Positions 48,768 to 61,343 are shown, numbered from the stretch's first letter. The stretch is 64,000 nucleotides of DNA from Vitrella brassicaformis CCMP3155 (GCA_001179505.1 CDMY01000394.1:24465-88464); one strand, 5' to 3'. Notes: a model not told the origin generated them from the sequence alone. Numbers and translations: made by a program.

Positions 48768-51024
48768 TCACTGCATGGACCACGGATGTGTGTATGATGC
48801 ATGGCTGGCACCGTACGGCCCGCCACCACCATAGCCTCCAGCCCACTCCGGCCACGCCTCAGCATCCCCTGCCATGCTGCTCCCGCTCATGTACTGGTCC
48901 CCCATGGCCATGGCCATGTGGTGGTAGGACGGTGTGTCGAAGCCCTGCTGGTGGTGGTGGTGGTGGTGTTGCTGCTGCTGGGGGGTGAAGGTCATGGCGG
49001 CAGAGGGGTCGATGGTGTCGTGTAAGTAGGGATGATGTGGCTGGGGCTGGCGGGGAGCCGGGAGGTGCTGCATCAGATACAGAGCACTCGCCTGACACAC
49101 AGACAGACAGACAGACAGACAGGAAACCCAGAACACACGTACACGTGTCTGTCTGTCTGCCTGTCTGCCATGATGCCGTGGCAGCCCTATAGGTACCTCC
49201 CTGACTCACCTGCTGCTGCTTCTTCAAGGCCGCTTTGTCCTTCCTCCTCGGTGGCACAGGAACGGCAGGAGCCAGCGGAGCCACAGGGTGCTGCGGGGGC
49301 GACGGCGGCCGCGTCGATGCCCTCGTCGATACACCCCCCTCGCCCAGCAGCTCTGACAACACGAAGGGCCGCGACGCGGGCTGGGCCAACGGACCGACCC
49401 CCGGAGTGGAGGCAGCGCTGTTAGGCCGCGGCGGGCCGGTGGTTGACGATGCCTCCGAGATGCCCGTGTTGCTGCGGGCCATCAGGGGAGGGACAGCCTT
49501 GGTCGATGTGACCTTGGGTGGCGGGTGGGGGACTGGCACATCTGGTGTGTCTGTGCGGGTGGGAGGGGCCGTGTGTGTTGCTGCTGCTGCTGCTGTTGTA
49601 GATGGCGGTTTGATGACCTTGCTGTGGCTGTGTCTGCTGGCGCCCTGCTGCGATAGCACGTGGAGTTTGGCGAAGAAGTCCAGGTCGTCCTGAATCTCCT
49701 TGGCGAAGAACGGCTTGCTCGCCCAGCCACCACCGGGGGCGCCAGCCCCGCTCGCGCCACTGCTGCTGTTCTCCCCAGCACCGACCTGCTTGTCGTCATC
49801 CTTGAATGACGATGCGCGTGGAGCAGTGAGGTCCATCGGCTGGGGCGGGTGTGGGGGCTCGTGCAGCGTGCTGAAGGAGGGGCTTGACGACGTGCTGCGA
49901 TCGCTGGTCGTTGAGAAGCCGGGCGGCGCGGTGCGGTTGGTGGGCGAGTTGCCGCTGCCGTGGCTGCTGTGAGTGCTGGCGCTGCATGACCACACCCTCT
50001 CGCTGGAAGACCGTGCACCGCTCTTATGCACCGGAGGCGGCGCACACACCTTCTTGACGGGCAGCGCTGAAGCTTCAGTGTCGGCAGTCTCGCCACCATC
50101 CGGCCCGTCCGTTGGCCAGTCGGGGACCACCACATCCAGCTGCTGCGTCTGGCCGTCTGTTGTCGTCTTCTGCCCCTCAGACACGAGATGCAGTATGGGC
50201 GGCAGGCCGAACAGAGGGGATGTGTGTGGGCTGGACTGACGCACCACAGACGGGGAGGGGCGGCCTGGGGGCGCCTCTAATCCTGCTGCTGAAGCAGCAG
50301 CAGCAGCTGCTGCTGCTGGGGTAGTGGTCGTGGTGGGGAGGGGATGCTGCTGCAGCTGCCGTTGGTCATCCGCCAGTGTGCCAGGGGCGGTGGTGTCGGC
50401 CGTGCCGGTGGTGCTTGCGATCAGCTTGCTGGGCCAAAAAAAGAACTTGCGAAGCTGACAACAGGCACGACAAAGCAGCTGTGCTGTGAAGGCCTCCCAC
50501 TTCCCCGGCCACCGACCCACCTTCTGTGTGAGTCCCCTTTGTTCCCAGCACACGACTTGCAGCCGCGTCGGTGGCAGGGGCATGCTGCGCTCGTGACACC
50601 ACAGCAGGTACTGCTCGTGGGCCGCGTTCACCAGCTCGGCCACCAAGTCGCACGCTGCACACACCGAGAGAATGACGATACCATACAAGACACACAAAGC
50701 AACAAAGCGCCACAGAGCCGTCAACTGTGGGAGGGAGGCATAAGGTTGGGCATGAGTCATGCCAGACCTACCCTTTCGATAGCCCTGGTAGTTGGGACAC
50801 GAGACGCACAAGTGGAGAGGCTCCACAGGCTCTGCACGCGCACACACACATCGAAATTTGGTGTGGTAGGGTCGGTCTGTTGCTCACTCACCTCCAGTGT
50901 TGAAGAGGTCATCTGTGTCATCTGAACCCCGCCCCCGCAGCCGCAGCTTGGTCATGTAGTGCGAGTTCTCAATCACACGCTTCATGTTCCCACCCTGCAG
51001 ACAACGAACGAAGCAGCCACCACG

Positions 51025-51058
<34 letters not shown>

Positions 51059-52566
51059 CATCTGTTGTCTGCCACCACTTGCCTTGTGTCCGATGATTCG
51101 CGACGAGACGTCGAATTGCGTGTCTTGTGGGATGCCGATGGGGAACTTGCACGTGTACTTGCGAAACGATGGGCACAACGTATCGGGGAAACTCTCCGTG
51201 TTGACGCCTGCAGACAACAGAGAGCAATGCCCACGCTTCTTCTGCGTCACAGGCGTGCACAAAAGATAGATGACGTGGGTACCTACCTGCTCCCCCGCCG
51301 AAAGGTGGTTTGAGGATCGACGCGGCCGCCCATGCATACTCGAGACGGTCAGCAGCTGGACACACGCACACACACACACACACACAGAAGTGAGTGGCTA
51401 TCACGTCACGTGTGTGTATTTTGGTTCTCTCTTTCCCCCCACCCCACGCAGCGCATCGCACCTGCTTTGGTGAGTTTGCCTCGTGTGACTTGTTGCATGA
51501 GCGTGTTGTAAGTAGCAGTGTTCATGTTGGCCAGCAGACCCGTCCCCACCAGTGTGCTCGGATGGTTCAGCCCCAGCTGAGCCGCCACAGCAGTGAGCAG
51601 CGGGTTGCCGCCCCCATGCCCATGCAGCTGCCCGCTGGCGCTGGCGCCCCACTCCGCGAGACACCCCTCGTCAGCCATGCTCATCGTAGTGCTCATGGTC
51701 ACGTTTCTGTCGTCGGGCTGCCTCCACTGCTGCTGCATCTGCTGCAGGCACATCCAGGGAAGGTCCAGCGCGTCCGATGCCACTGTGTGGTGGTCGTCTC
51801 GAGTGGCACTGTCGTGGCTGGCACTGCTGTGCGTGGGGCTGCCGTCTCGCGTGTGTGCGTGTGAGTGAGCGTCGCGGTCAGGGGCGGGGAGAGGGAGGGG
51901 GGCGGCGTGAGGGGCGGGAGTGGCACTGCTGGTGGTGTGTGTGGGCTCCATGGGGGGCGACAGCACTTGGGCGATGTCTCGCAAGGGGACCACACGCAAA
52001 TGCCCGTCGGCGAGCAGCTTCTGAAAGCCGACGCACAGAAAAACACGTGATGATCACGGTGGGCTCATTAGAATGGCTCTCCTCCCTCCCCTCCCAGTGG
52101 AGTGGCTGGCCTGCCACCCACCTGTCCGTGCAGCTGCCTCTGTGCCTGCTGTGCCGTCTGTGGGGAGTCGAACACCACTATGGCGAAGCCGCGGTCGGCA
52201 ACCACACCCTCTACTGTACCAAACCGACCGAAGATCTGCACACACACAGACATATACATAAACACAAAGGGTATTCATTGCCGCCTCCCTTGCTCGTCTG
52301 CTACTTTACTTGAGTGCGTGAGTGATACCTACCGTGTGAATGTCGCTCTCAGACACTGTGCAAACGTCCCTCGGTTCCACCGACACGACCACTGCTTTGG
52401 ATGGATCAGCGGGGGGCGACGGCCGCGACACTCTCGTTGTGTTCTGCGTCATATTGGACAAGTGGGGGTGATCATGCAATGACTGGGGCAGAGCATCGCT
52501 GCCGAAGTGGGGAAACAGAGGAGAGGGGCGGCCGGACGAGGCGGCGACGTGCTGCTCTCGCTCCAT
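48768..52566 (-). CDS. RNA-binding protein: RRM + SF1/KHDC4-like KH domain + long Pro/Ser/Ala-rich tail
   Basis: RRM DIHTIFGRFGTVEGVVADRGFAIVVFDSPQTAQQAQRQLHG. KH KYTCKFPIGI..FDVSSRIIGHKGGNMKRVI..KLRLRGRGS..EPLHLCVSC..GYRKACDLVAELV. Start uncertain; stop at 48768. Confidence 0.8.
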
Positions 52567-53182
52567 GTGTGGCGCAAGCACACGCGCACGTTCGGGGCGG
52601 ATAGCTGCGCTATCTACGGCTGTCGAGCAGGACTCTTGGATGCGACGCGCATTGAGACTGACACACATCAGACAGACACAAGCCGAGGGCCATGGATGGC
52701 CGTGTGTGTCTGTCTCGCGTTGGTGTTCATGGATCTCACCGTCAGGGATGGCCCGCTTTGGCCAGATCCAGCCGCCGAATTGATGCTGCACGAGACCCGT
52801 CACGTCTTGTGACCCTCGTCTCTCAGGCGGGAAACAGGCAGCAGGAGGGTAGATCACATAGAGGTGCAGCAGCCTGCTGCGTGTCCGCAAGGCGCCGCCC
52901 ACAAAGATGCAATTTTTTCCAAGAGAGACCGATCGTGAGAGCAGCTCGCAAGCTCGCATGTGAGGAACGACGTCAGGCCGCCAGGGTGAAACCGCTGCTG
53001 CAAGAACGACGCGCGGATCTGCTCCTCCCATCGCAGCTGCACAAACTGGTTGCAGCGCTTTTTCAAACACATTTCAAGGTTCCGGAACGCCGTCGGCTGT
53101 TGTTCTGTGTGGAAGGGAGCAGCTTGGGATGCGGACGGTTCATTTGGTTTTTTCAAGGGCGAACTCGCTCGTCTTAACAAGC

Positions 53183-54137
53183 ATGAGAGACGAAAGACGG
53201 CAGCGCCCGTCCACCTGGCATCTGGCACTGCTGGCCATCGCTCTGTGGACAACAGCATTCTGCGGTACTGCTTCCGGCACCCCACCCCCTTCATCCGCGG
53301 CTGCGGCGGGCCCATCGCCATTTCGAGGGCCGTACTCGCGGCAAGTTGTGGCTGACCTGTGGACCAGTAGGGCCCAGCGAGGAGCCAATTCATTGGACCC
53401 ACAGACGGACCTCTTATCGGGGACCCCCCTTTCTGGTGTGGACAAAGACGCGGTGCGGCGACAACGGAGGAAGAAATTCCGCGACGCGCTCGACAGCGTG
53501 AGGAGTGCGCTGCCGAGAATTAAGATCAAGACGGAGCCGAAGGTACGCAGAAAGCAAGCAAGCGTCCCTCACGCCCGCGACGGCCGTCGTGTGCGTTCTT
53601 TTTCCCTCTGGCTGTCTGTGTTGAACACAGACCTTCCTGAAGATTCGGAAGACGCTGTTTCCTTTAAAGACGCGGCTGACGGTTGGTGCCGACTATTCGC
53701 TGCAGGATCGTCAATGGAAGCTGGTGAGCAGCTGGCAGGACAATGTCATCGGCGGCACCATCACCCTCAACGGGCGCGAGTTCAGCATCGCCAAGGACTG
53801 GTTCCTCCCCTTCAGCGAGATCGACCAGCACCAGGTCGGCGCCAAGCTGCGGGTGCACGCAGGCCTCAATATGGACACAGGACGGCTGTTCGCCAAGTTC
53901 CGCATGCGTGCTGAGCGGCTTGCGCCCATCGCCTTCGGTGACGGCATCCGGATCGACCAGCGAGTGCCCCTTGACGGGCGCAATGGCAACGCGAAGCTGG
54001 AGGTCAAGGGTCGCGTGAGTTTCCCCGAGCCGCAGGTGGAGTACAGCACTGACAGGCAGGGCAACGTTGGGATCATGACGGGCATGGGGGACGTGGAGGT
54101 GGCCATCGAACAGCTCAATCTGTGCTTTGAGTACTGA
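53183..54137 (+). CDS. Signal-peptide-bearing, beta-strand-rich orphan; probable plastid protein (2 exons)
   Basis: Hydrophobic core WHLALLAIALWTTAFCG, then a Ser/Pro/Ala/Arg-rich transit-like stretch. Intron 53543-53706 (phase 0). Exon 2 is strongly codon-biased and ends ..EVAIEQLNLCFEY*. Confidence 0.75.
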
Positions 54138-54182
54138 CAAACGGACTGGCTAATTGAGGGCGAATGGAGAGGAGGGGGGGGG

Positions 54183-54482
54183 NNNNNNNNNNNNNNNNNN
54201 NNNNNNNNNNNNNNNNNNNNNNNNNNNNNNNNNNNNNNNNNNNNNNNNNNNNNNNNNNNNNNNNNNNNNNNNNNNNNNNNNNNNNNNNNNNNNNNNNNNN
54301 NNNNNNNNNNNNNNNNNNNNNNNNNNNNNNNNNNNNNNNNNNNNNNNNNNNNNNNNNNNNNNNNNNNNNNNNNNNNNNNNNNNNNNNNNNNNNNNNNNNN
54401 NNNNNNNNNNNNNNNNNNNNNNNNNNNNNNNNNNNNNNNNNNNNNNNNNNNNNNNNNNNNNNNNNNNNNNNNNNNNNNNNNN
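54183..54482. other. Assembly gap (300 N)
   Basis: N run preceded by poly-G. Confidence 0.99.
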
Positions 54483-54723
54483 GGAAGACACGTGTCAATG
54501 GGGACGCTAGTCATGGGGTTAGGGCGTAACTGTCATCTACGTCTGGTGTTTGTCCCTTGGTGGTGTGATCGATGTGAGCGAGTGTGGTGCGGCGTGGTGT
54601 GGGTGTCATCCGTGCATCGGGTTTTTGGTGTGTTTTTTCCCGCCAGTGTTCGGTTTATTTGTGTGGCTGTTTGTCGTAAGAGCTGGGAATGACACTGCAG
54701 TGACTGAACGCAGAAATGCGAAC

Positions 54724-57700
54724 ATGAACAGAAACACACAGATCTTTCATCAACGGTCAACAACGGTCGGATCGATATCGGCGATGTCCCCGAAGACAGA
54801 AAGCATGAAGGGCGGCGAATGGCTGGCACACCTGACGCCGCAAACAAAGGCCCTGTTCTTGCCCCGCAAGGTCCAGAAGTAAGCGGCAGAGAACCGAGCA
54901 GAATCACAATTTGATGCTTCACATTCCCGTGCGTGTCTTGGTCAGGTTTAAGGAGCTCCGCCTTCACTTCGACGAGGACCACCTGAGTGTGGAGGTGGAC
55001 ACAGTGTTCCGCGACACATATGATTTGTTTGTCAACTACCTGGCGAAGGCTGATATTGACACCTTCACGTGAGCCCCCCCTGCCACCCCTCTGCGGGCGC
55101 CGTGAATGCCCTCTCTCTGCTGTGCACACAGGTCCCCGCGGTGGCGGATGGTGGCTCAGTACCTGTTGTCTCTCCAACACCTGGCTGCGACACTCAACAT
55201 CCAACTCTCTGACCGGTCAGTGACTCACTGACAGTCGGTGTTGGTCGGCTGACCGTTGGTGTATGCTCTCTTGTGTCTGTATTCTCGTTGTGTGCAGTCG
55301 GTATAGGGAGTACTACAACATCGGTCATCTGGACGCCTTCGCGTGGCTCACTCTGCGACACGCATGCAAAGTACGAATGGAAAAACCACCACATGATGCT
55401 CCAAAATGGGGGAACAAGAGACGCACGTTGGTGGGATGAAGGCATGGCTCTGTGTGTGTGTGTGTGTGTCATCTCATGCAGATTGTGTTGCTGCGGCACT
55501 CGTTGGGAGACCGGGTCACACAGACAGCCCGACTGATGACACTTCAGTACACACACACACACACACATGCAACAGGTCTCCATTTCTGTCTGCATGCCTG
55601 GAGGTGAGTCTGTGTTGTCTTGATGATTCACGTGCAGGCATCGTCTACTGACCAAGGCCCTGCAGCTGTACTATGAGCGGCATGACCTAAAGACCGCCCA
55701 CCAGCTGCTCGCTGCACTCAAGTACTTCGACGACGCATACAGGTGCCGTTCCGCAGTATTCAGGGCTTCTCTGGATGCGCATGAGTATCGGTGTGGGCGT
55801 GCAGCACTTTTGAGAGTGCCATCCTGGATGCCACGGACAAGATGTGCCAGGGCATGTCTCACCGGCTCATCGAGCTCATCGACGCGGCCAGGGCCATCGA
55901 GGAGGCCGCCAAGTGCCCCACAGGAGACACCTTCATTGCGCTACACGAGGCCAGGTACCTCGCTGCGCTCTCGCAGGTAGGCGGGTGAATGAGTGAGTAG
56001 ATGACACTGGCACGAACACAGAACGAAGGAGGCCGACAACGGTCTGTGTGCGTGGTGCATGAATCATGCGTGTAGGTTGCTTCATTGACGACACTCTATC
56101 TAGTCGACGAGTGGGGCACAGACGACGGTGTCGTCCGGCCTTCCAACCCGCCGTCGACGGAGTTTTCCCAGAGGGACCTGATGCTTTTCCGAAAGAACCT
56201 CACACACCCGTGCGTTATTGTGCCCACCCCCCCACCGACAACGTGTGTGTCCCTCGATCGCGAGTCTTTTGTTCTTTCTCGCAGGTTGCCCGGTATTCGG
56301 TACCTGATGAAAAAGGCGCTGAGGTATTACGACGGTCTGCGTCGTCTGCTGCTGAAACTTATGGAGCCACACGAGAAGGACCAGTCGCACCTACTCTACT
56401 TACAAGTACGCGCCTACACAGACATTCTATCTTTCATCCAGACGTTTTTGTTTCAATGCTCACTCGTGTAGATAAGCCGCAATGGGCTGCTAGTAGCCAC
56501 CATATCCAAGCTTAGTTGGGCTTGGTGAGGAAGGCACACACTCGTGGGGCCCTCGCGCCATTATCGCCAGACTGTCTCATGTGTGTGTATTACCCACCCA
56601 TAAAATGCAGGTTTCACGCTCGCAATTGGCTTCAGTCCGATCGCATGGAAGACATCGCCAAACTGCAGGCAGGCAAGAGAGGAAGGGCTTGCTTGTGAAA
56701 GCCTCTTATAGATCCCCAGAGGGATGACGTGTGAGGCTTGTCTTCCCGGCAGGAGCTGGTTGCATATGACACCGCGGCGCTGCGGACCACAATCAAAGAG
56801 GAGGGCGAGCGCGCCGCGCAGATCTATCTGGCGCGTCTAGTTGTGTTTGACGAGTTGATGAGTCACGACAGCAGCCGAGACAACGAGGGAGGGACAACAG
56901 CCCTCCCTCAGTTGTGTGGGCCGGCTCTGTCGTCGAAGGAAGACGGAGACATGCCATCGTTCCGCATCACGTGGAGCCAGACAAGCGATTGCCTGCGGTG
57001 GATGTCCCGCATCCCGGACCTGCTACGCTCGTGTGCTGGCCGGCTGCACTGTCCGCATTGGGGGCAGCGGTTCTGCCTCATGACCAGACTCAGGAGCCAG
57101 CTGAGAGAAAGGTGGTTTCTCACAAAGTCGAAACTGTAGCGGCCATTGCGCTTTGGTCGTGGTCTTTGTTCGCAGGTATGGCCACCACATTCGGCGAGCG
57201 TTTGCCCGCATAGACATCAACCGGGATAGGGACCTAACGGAAGAGGAGATCAGGGACGCGTTCTCGCTATGGAATCTGTCTTTTGACCGACGCGAGATTC
57301 ACATCATCTTTGGTAGGCTCTCAGTGCTCGCAGCACTAGCTGTCTCTGTCTGCGTGTGTATGTCCGTATGTCAGAGATCATCGATGTGGACAAGAGTGGC
57401 ACCATCAACCCAGACGAGCTCCTCGAAATGTTTCTAAATGATGAGGAAATGACGAGTCGCATCAACCGCATGTGTGAGAGCTGCCTCAATCTCGACTTGG
57501 GTCCCCCCAGACATCCAGAAGAGAGCTTTCTGCTATCATGCAGAAGAGCGCTGCATCTCGCAGACGCCAAGATGCCCTCACTGGTATCCTCGACCTCGTT
57601 CGGCTTCGATGAAAGCACTGACGCCATTGGAGACGTGGCTCCGACGCAAGACAATGAAGACGAGGCCAGCCCAACACATGAACGGTTGGAACAGACAGAG

Positions 57701-60156
57701 ACACGCAAGAAGGAAGGCATAGAGAGCGGTGGATGTGACTGCGCTCCTAACTCTGTAGGTGGTCTAAGCAAGCGAGATGGAGGATGCGCAAGCAGGCCCT
57801 TAAGGGTCAGACGGTGCTAGAATCGACCGCGATGGTCAATGAGAACCAGACCTACCCCCTGGTTGCCGACTTCATACCTTTCAACATCTGCGCATTCGCC
57901 AACCACGTAATGTACTTTCCGTCTTTGTACTGACATGCGCTGGCACACCCTGTCATACCTGCAGTTGTTGCTGAGTTTGGATTACTGGTGGGGTCTGAGC
58001 AGGTAATGTGTCCAAACTGTCCGCAGAATCCAAACTGTTCGCAGGATTGCTGGTGCATTACTGCAGAATCGCCCTGTCCGCATTGGTCGAGGAGGTGGAG
58101 CGCAGCAGCCGGAACACGTCCCAACAGACGGCATTCAAAGACATCGATAGCGACACACACCTCCTGGAGCCACCCAACATCCAGCAGCTCACCAAGACCA
58201 AATCGCAGAAGAGCCTCCACTCACCGCCTCCGTCGCCCCAAGGCAAGCACCTGCTGCCCGATCATTCGCCGGGATCGTTAAAGCGGGGCGCCACCAAAGG
58301 CCTCCTCGTGCGGCAGGGGACTCGTACGATCAAGAAGGGAGGCATGAAGAAAGGCTTGGCAGCTGGAGCGGCTACCAAGAGCTCGCGCGGGAGCGAGAGG
58401 GAGAGAGACGGTGGCGAGGAGGGACTGGCGTCGGAGAGGACTGTGGGCTCTGACGAAATGGACGGCATGGTCGGTTTGGAGGTGTCGAGGACGGAGCAGA
58501 GGATGTTCGAAGGAGGAGGGTGGCAGAAGGGAGATCGGAATATGCTCAGCCTGCTGGTGAATGAGCAAGTGCATCAATGAGTGAGGAGACAGCACACCTG
58601 CCCCCATTTGTGTGTGGTGTCTCCTTCGATCAGGATGTCCTCTTCCCTGCTGACATCCCGTGCTCTTCATCCCATTCCAGTTTTGAGCCTACAGATCCGC
58701 TGCTCTACGACCCCAAATCAAGGTGTCACTTGCGAACCCAGCTGACATGTCAGAGCACCGCCAAGTCACCCCAGGCAGCCGCCCTGGGGGCTGCCGATTT
58801 GACTCTTCAGTCACCCTCAAGATTCCTGTCGAGAAGATCATGTGAGAAGATCATGGCGAGACGCAGACCCCATTTCATCTGTGTCTTTGTGTGTCCGTGA
58901 CTTCAGCCCTGGCTCGGTCCAGCGGGCGGCACTCACGTGCGACATCCATATCGATCGCAGACGAAGCGTCCAGAGAACAAGTGAGTGAGTCAGTGCGACG
59001 CAAGTACATGTGGATACGTCTGTCGGCTGGGCCCTTCACTTTTGGGCACGTTCTCGCATCTCAGCTACCGTCGATCGGTTTGGGCTCCCGTCGATCTTCA
59101 GCTCCGATTTCCCTGACGCCCTCGTCCTTCCTTCGCCGGCGGCTGTCCACGCCGCAGCACGACGCACTCCGGCCTGCCACATCGCCTGCCCGCCGAATCC
59201 TCCGCGCTGTGAGCTTCTCGCATCGGCTCTACGAGGGATCAGCCTCTTCATCCAGCCTGTCGGATGCAGATTACGGTCTCCCGCGCCATGTGAGTGCGCG
59301 AGAGCTCACTCGTCTCGAAGTGCCCAAGCCAGAGCTGTCATTTCCCTCGCCCCTTTCCTCCTCTGTACCGTCGCTTCCTTCGTCCCAACGGCCGGTGTCA
59401 GGACAACGTGTCGATGTTTGTGAAGGTGGTCTGGAGCCGCCAAAGCTGACGATGGAGAGACACGTGTCGACCGCACCAAGCAAGTCGCCTCAAAGTGGCG
59501 AGACAGAGCTGCTACTGCCAATTGTCCGGCGAGAAAGGCCGCAGACGGCCGATGTCTTGCCGTCGTTTCACATGAAAGCCGATCTGCCCTCGCCGTCCGC
59601 CCATGCAAGTCCTCTACGCCGAGTACCGTCCCTCGCGCCGACACAGCCTTCCAATCCATATGCAACGCCACCAATGCCATCGCCGACGCAACAGCAACCA
59701 GAGGGGATGATTGATCCACAGACACGGCGCATGTCTCAACTTTTGAGTGACGGGGCAACGAGGAGAGAAGAAGTTGCGCCCGTGCGTCATGCGACTGTCG
59801 GGAGGCTGATGAGGATGTCTCGGACACGAAGCGGCATGCCGACTAAGGTGCCGGCAGCTGATAAGAAGGCCGTTGTGTCAGCAGGCCCTGCGAGCCCACC
59901 TGCTTTATATGCGCCCCTTCCCATCCACCAAGCCGCCCACATGTCTTCCTTGCCCAGTGCAGACGTCTCTCAGATGACCACCTCTGTCGACCTAAGGCAG
60001 TCCGTCCGGCACTTGCCCTTTCTCAACACGACCGCCTCCCTTCCATCATCGCTTGGAAATGATCGAGGGAGCAACGTCTGTGTGGCGTCGGTTGTGACTC
60101 CCGCCAAGCTGTGGGCTGGGGTGCAAGGACGGCAAAGGAAGGGGCTTGTGCACTGA
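54724..60156 (+). CDS. Large multi-exon protein with an EF-hand pair and Ser/Pro-rich C-terminus
   Basis: EF loops DINRDRDLTEEE and DVDKSGTINPDE. Many short phase-consistent exons upstream. Exons at about 58634-58840 and 58906 onward join in phase, extending the ORF to stop 60156. True start may lie in or before the gap. Confidence 0.65.
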
Positions 60157-60354
60157 TTGGGGGATAGGTCATAGATGATGTATCTTGGCCATGTATGTGT
60201 GCGAGACAAGTATGCGACGTTGAGACTACTTATCATGTCGAGGAATGGCCCTTTGGAGCAAGAATGAATCGCATGAATGAACATTCGCACACAACCGCCC
60301 ATTCGTCCAACATACACGCACGTAGCGGCTCGGATGACCACGTATCCCATTTAT

Positions 60355-61313
60355 TCACTTGCTCTGCCCCACTAATGCACCACGCAGCACAGAGCCCCTC
60401 GTCGGCCGATATGTGAATGCACCCGAGCCCAACTGCACTCTTACGACACCAATCTCGTTTAGCGCTGTCGCAGCATGATGCAGCTTCATATACCGCCCGC
60501 CCTTTTCGTGCGTCACACACTGCTCCTGTGTGCTGTACCAGGGGCCTGTTGACGCGATGTAGATGTCGATAGGCAGCCGACACTGGACGTCTCTGGGGGC
60601 GGCGATGAGCTGCTGCATCATCCCTTTGTTAATATAGAAGGCACACGTGCCGTGGGCGTAGATGCACGTCGGCTGAGACACAGGTAAGGCCCGCCATAGA
60701 GAATAGAATGGCCGCCGATCTTCAGCCGCTCGACATGCCTCTTTCCGAAAGGATTCAGCGTCAGCGAGCACCACATCTGCAGACACATGGAGGCATTGCA
60801 TGTGAATGAGGGATCTTCATGGTGTCTCGTGTGCAGCGGCAGATGATTACCGTCTTCGAGGAAGATGAACCCCGGGTCAGAGTAGTTGGCCAGCACCGTC
60901 CTGAGCACCGACTGATAGGCGTAGAATAGGCGGTTGCTGAAGGTGATGGTCCGGCACTTGCTCCGCCGATTGTACTCAAGGCTTGGCGCTGTGGTATTGA
61001 TTATCGTCATATCAAAGCGGGACGCCCACGAGAGGCGGGAACGAATGCGTCTCCCGTCGTCTTCTGGACGGGCCGATATCATGAACACCCGTGGCATAGG
61101 GCACGATGCTGACATGGCGGAGCTGCTCGCAGGGCACTGCATGGCGTAGAATGGGGCGAGCATAGACGCCTTGACGAAGTCCAATGGACTCTGCCGCTCG
61201 TTGATTTGGGCCCGCCGATGGAGGACGGCGAGAGTCGCCAGTGCAGACAGCGCCAGCATGCCGATGCACAGCCACGGAGCACTGTTGCATGTCGATGCGA
61301 GGCAGTCCTTCAT
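60355..61313 (-). CDS. Type II membrane glycosyltransferase, GT25-like (2 exons)
   Basis: Single N-terminal TM WLCIGMLALSALATLAVL. Removing the 74-nt GT-AG intron (60850-60777) restores FIFLEDDVVL (GT25-type LEDD). Downstream RLPIDIYI and VTHEKG. Confidence 0.65.
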
Positions 61314-61343
61314 TGCATCGATGCGAGGCAGTCCTTCATTGCA
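61292..61343. repeat. Perfect 26-bp tandem duplication (TCGATGCGAGGCAGTCCTTCATTGCA x2)
   Basis: Units at 61292-61317 and 61318-61343 are identical. Confidence 0.95.

Noticed and set aside
50650-50760. Apparent transmembrane helix (LWRFVALCVLYGIVILSV) in ORF 48859-50847
   Set aside because: It lies in a TG-rich intron; splicing gives GYRK|ACDLVAEL, which completes the KH domain.
53664-54140. Antisense ORFs mirroring real exons (also 16475-16924, 21386-21850, 40623-41135)
   Set aside because: Expected shadow of GC3-rich coding sequence; no independent motifs or splice logic.
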